Source: Octopus vulgaris
Lineage: Eukaryota
Length of the DNA: 64,000 nt
Direction: 5' to 3'
Assembly: GCA_951406725.2 (NCBI GenBank)
Contig: OX597820.1
Span: 90,768,001-90,832,000 of the forward strand
Made by a program: the position numbers and the translations under genes. The notes under the pieces were generated by a model. It was not told the origin of the DNA and did no database searches. It saw only the letters and a list, made by a program, of their open reading frames with translations. Shown here in pieces: positions 60,205 through 64,000 of the stretch. Position 1 is the first letter of the stretch. Each line of letters opens with the position of its first letter.

Positions 60205-63200
60205 CTGTGTCGCTGTGTCAAAGTGTGTGTGTATATAAGTAGCCATTTTGAAAACGGATGACAAATAACCACAATTCACAAAAGATCAGTGAAACAAGGT
60301 TTTACTGAATGCATTAGCTATACAATAATGCAATATGAATGTAGGCTCACCTGAATATATTTTTTAATGTATTGCGTCATATTTGCCATTTGTTTAAATT
60401 TATACTTTCCTTCTTCAAATCTTTTACAAGCTGAACTATTATACATGGTTCTGTATAATTTTCTTTCATATATATAAGTCTGTAATATGTGTAATGCATT
60501 ATCTTTTGTATTGTGCATATTCAAGTATGTAGCTGTATAAGTATTATTTCACAGACATGCAAAATCAACAAATTTTTGTCTTACCCTCCCTCTTGAATAT
60601 ACACATCATACATATATATTTAAGTGCGTTTATATTTCAGATTGAACCAAACATACACAACCATACATAGGTTGGTAGACAATAATACACGCTTACATAT
60701 AACTGTGTGTATATATGCGTCTGCATATGTATATATGTATATATATATGTATGTATATGTATGTATAGATATGTGTATTTTTGTCTGTATATCTTAGATC
60801 ATTTTTTGGTTAAATCAATTCTAAGTTTGAATCGAAATATATATTTTTAATTAAAGATCACGAACAAAATATTGGGTGTAAAAATATATATTCTCACATG
60901 ATTTGTTGTTTGTGGTAAAATATTTTAGTTTTCGAATTTTATTTGGAAAGAGAGAAGTAACACTTGATAGGAAATTATAGGAGGTGTGATTATTATCTGA
61001 AAATAGGATATCAAATTGGACCTTTGTATATTATGGCCTGAGGGATTACCTTGATTTAGTCACATTAACCAGTATATGGTGTTATTGATAGAGATTTAGA
61101 TCTGTAATCTAATACATTTCGATACTGTGAAATTTAACGCCACGTACGATACAAAAAGGAGTGCAATATATAAATAAACAAAATAATTGAAAAAGATTCG
61201 TTCTGTTTTAACTTAATTCGGAAATCGTTTGCGCACTTGGTTATATTTTGTTTCATTTTCGATATATCTATCTTAATATAATGACACCAACACACTTTCC
61301 ATAGGATTCAGCGACGTGTGCCTGAGGATAGGATGTGTGTGATTTCGTGATGTTTTTAATAAATCAGCAAGCGTCATTCTTTGATATTATTAGACTTGAT
61401 TAGACAGGATTTCAGATGCACCAATGATTTCTAGTTAGCAGGATTGACGTCCATTAAAGGAAACTTTGAAAGTAGATAACAAACATTATTGTCGTTAATG
61501 TGAAAAATAGAAAGTGGATACACAAAATTCAGTCGTTATAGTTCAAGGTCACTCCTTGTCGAGTAGACCAACACTGGAAAGCATTTTATAGACTCTTCGC
61601 ATACGGGATATACTGGATACTATAGCAAACACTTTACTTTCCAGTATGTCCTATTTCATTGAAGATTTTACAGTGGAATATAATATTTGGCTGCTAGATT
61701 TAGTCGCCAAATCATCCTAACGTATTCTGCCCCTTCGAATTTCAATATGATATTAAGTGCTAATATTAGCAGAAAGTCTGTATTTGAAAATAAATTATAT
61801 TTTTCTCAGTTCAGTAAAGTAATTTTTACACTGAATGACATGCAGAAAGTGACCTTCTTCAAAGATCTGGAAATTGAAATCAAGAGAATACAGAGTATGA
61901 AGACTGAAAGTATGCTGGTAATCATTGGAATGGGAATGTTCAAACATCATATCTCATACAACATCAATGCGTATGTATTCCAGAAGATCACTCTACTGGA
62001 CACAACCAACATACTACAGAGAGCACTGACGATTACCGCGTCTCAAATCTTTAATATGAATTCGGCTCCACTGACTACAAAGAAGAAAATACAAAACAAA
62101 TGATGATGATGATGGTGTTAATTTACTGGTCAATACATTAAAGATAATATAAGAGAATGAAACCCGATATCCAAAAAGTGGGGTGGTTACGTCCTTCAAA
62201 TCGAAACCGACAACAATAAGGATATAGCAAAACATAAAAATAGAATTTAGCAAAAATCTTAACAAGAAAATTTACTTTAATAGCGAGACAACTAGGAGGA
62301 GCTTCTGCGTCCCTTTGACCTCCATACAATCCCAAAAGAAAATCGACACACAATTGTGTATGGAATTTACACGAAACTATATGTAGTGGAAATGGTGAGA
62401 AAATTTAAAAGTAAAGCATAAATACATACTACACAAAATATGAAGTATGTGAATATATGTTTAATGCAGTTCTGATTCAGGAAAGCCTCCAAATAGAACC
62501 AGTCAAGATACCGCCCTTTAATTCTTAATGACCTCCATACAAGTTTTGACGAATTCAGTGACAGCAATCACTTCTCGCTCCATCCTCAATTGTTACTTGA
62601 GAAAGTCTCAAAGTGTTCGGCTGAAGATGGTGTCAGTCGTCAATCCATTCAGCCTCGCTCATTTGCCTATCTCTTTCACCATAAACATCTGGGTATTAAA
62701 GAAGTGTTGTAGAACGATACAAAAGATTCGGCCGTTAAACGTATCCGTCCTATACCTGAGGATAGCTCTTGACTTGGCACAGGGTTATGACTTCCCCATC
62801 AGAACCCACCAAAGGTATATAATGAAGGTGTATAAATTATGTAACTAGAATATGGGAAGACCTTGAGGTAATAAGTTACCCCATTGTTCTGGTTCACTGT
62901 TCTTAGCTTAAAGAGACAAACATACCCAAAGATGACTGACTTGCGACAGATATGCACTAAAAGTTATTCAAGTACAATGAAATAAGAACAGAAAACCATA
63001 GTACAAACATACTCCAGAGAAAGTCTTCGGAAACAACAAACGTATCATGCTGTGGTATATGTGATTAAACATAGACATCAAATAAGGCTGAACGACAATA
63101 TATTGGTTCCTAAGTTCATTAGGAATAGAAATAGCTTCTAATCAACATGTGTATCTCAAACGAAATTGCTCAAATATAAGTAACTGGAAATAGCTTTAAC

Positions 63201-63449
63201 CCAAACTATAGACCTGGAATCACAATCATCACAGTAAAACAAGCTTTGGGAACGAAAAAATGAAATACAGTATGAAAGTCCCTGAACTTACGATTCTCCT
63301 TATATGTATAGCTTACTGTACAAAGCACAGCTAGGTACTACGCATATTACACACAATACTTTCAATATAGCAAACTTAATAAAATCAAAGCAAAACAATA
63401 ATCAAACTCAAGACACAAAGCAGCGCTCGGTATTGCAGTTATAGCACTC

Positions 63450-63506
<57 letters not shown>

Positions 63507-64000
63507 TTTGCCATAATGCAACCAATGTTTGGTAATTGGCCTCAATAGTTGGCTGATAGTAATTTTTATGGGCCTCGGAGGTATGAAAAGACCGAAAGAT
63601 GGTAAATTAGTCTCTTTATTTAATGATATGATGATGCAGAATAATTAACTAGCTGGCTGTGATGAAACCTGAGTGTTTGACTAAATTAAATAATTACTTT
63701 ACTTTACTTCAGTAATATAATTCCCACATGGACCATCCTTTTTATTTAATGGAATGATTAGGATAACTATAGTGCACTGTTCATCATAACTTTATACCAT
63801 GAAGACCAGTTATAAACATTAACTACCGAAGTTCTACAGTTCTTGTCCGCTTTATTCAGTTGGAGTTGAAGTTTCGTCTGATGATTGATTTCTATGTAAT
63901 CCTGAAATATACGGCTGCAGTTTTCCGCTACTTACTCCTTATTTGAGAGTAGGGGTTTGTTTGGTTTGCTCATTATATTCCGTTCTGTTACAAACTATGT

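Overview
This is AT-rich, microsatellite-saturated eukaryotic DNA, intergenic or from a large intron. The SINE families and repeat style suggest an octopod cephalopod (Octopus-like); that is inference from family resemblance, not a database result. Almost all ORFs in the track are translations of (TA)n, (TG)n, (TATG)n, (GATA)n, (GAT)n or (AAT)n. No complete protein-coding gene can be supported; the best non-repeat coding candidate is a ~150-codon open frame on the minus strand at 12.6-13.0 kb. Identifiable content is mostly mobile DNA: a near-complete defective Tc1 (DD..E) transposon with ~270-bp TIRs (19.2-20.8 kb), a mariner transposase fragment (48.6 kb), two RTE-type LINE 3' ends (36.7 and 42.6 kb), a decayed L1/Tx1-like 3' end (31.5-32.3 kb), two non-autonomous Helitrons (21.0 and 49.8 kb) and many copies of at least four tRNA-derived SINE families. 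The most interesting signal is a ~310-bp element at 3.47-3.78 kb. It joins a tRNA-like Pol III head to a minimal hammerhead-ribozyme motif and carries an inverted copy of its own tail upstream, so it is a candidate SINE mobilised by Penelope-like elements. Weaker hammerhead-like cores or inverted-repeat modules occur at 23.3-23.9, 24.9, 27.2, 52.9-53.25 and 63.9 kb. Also notable are a 359-bp palindrome with nested hairpins, a SINE pair with swapped tails, and a 1.7-kb (AAT)n array.
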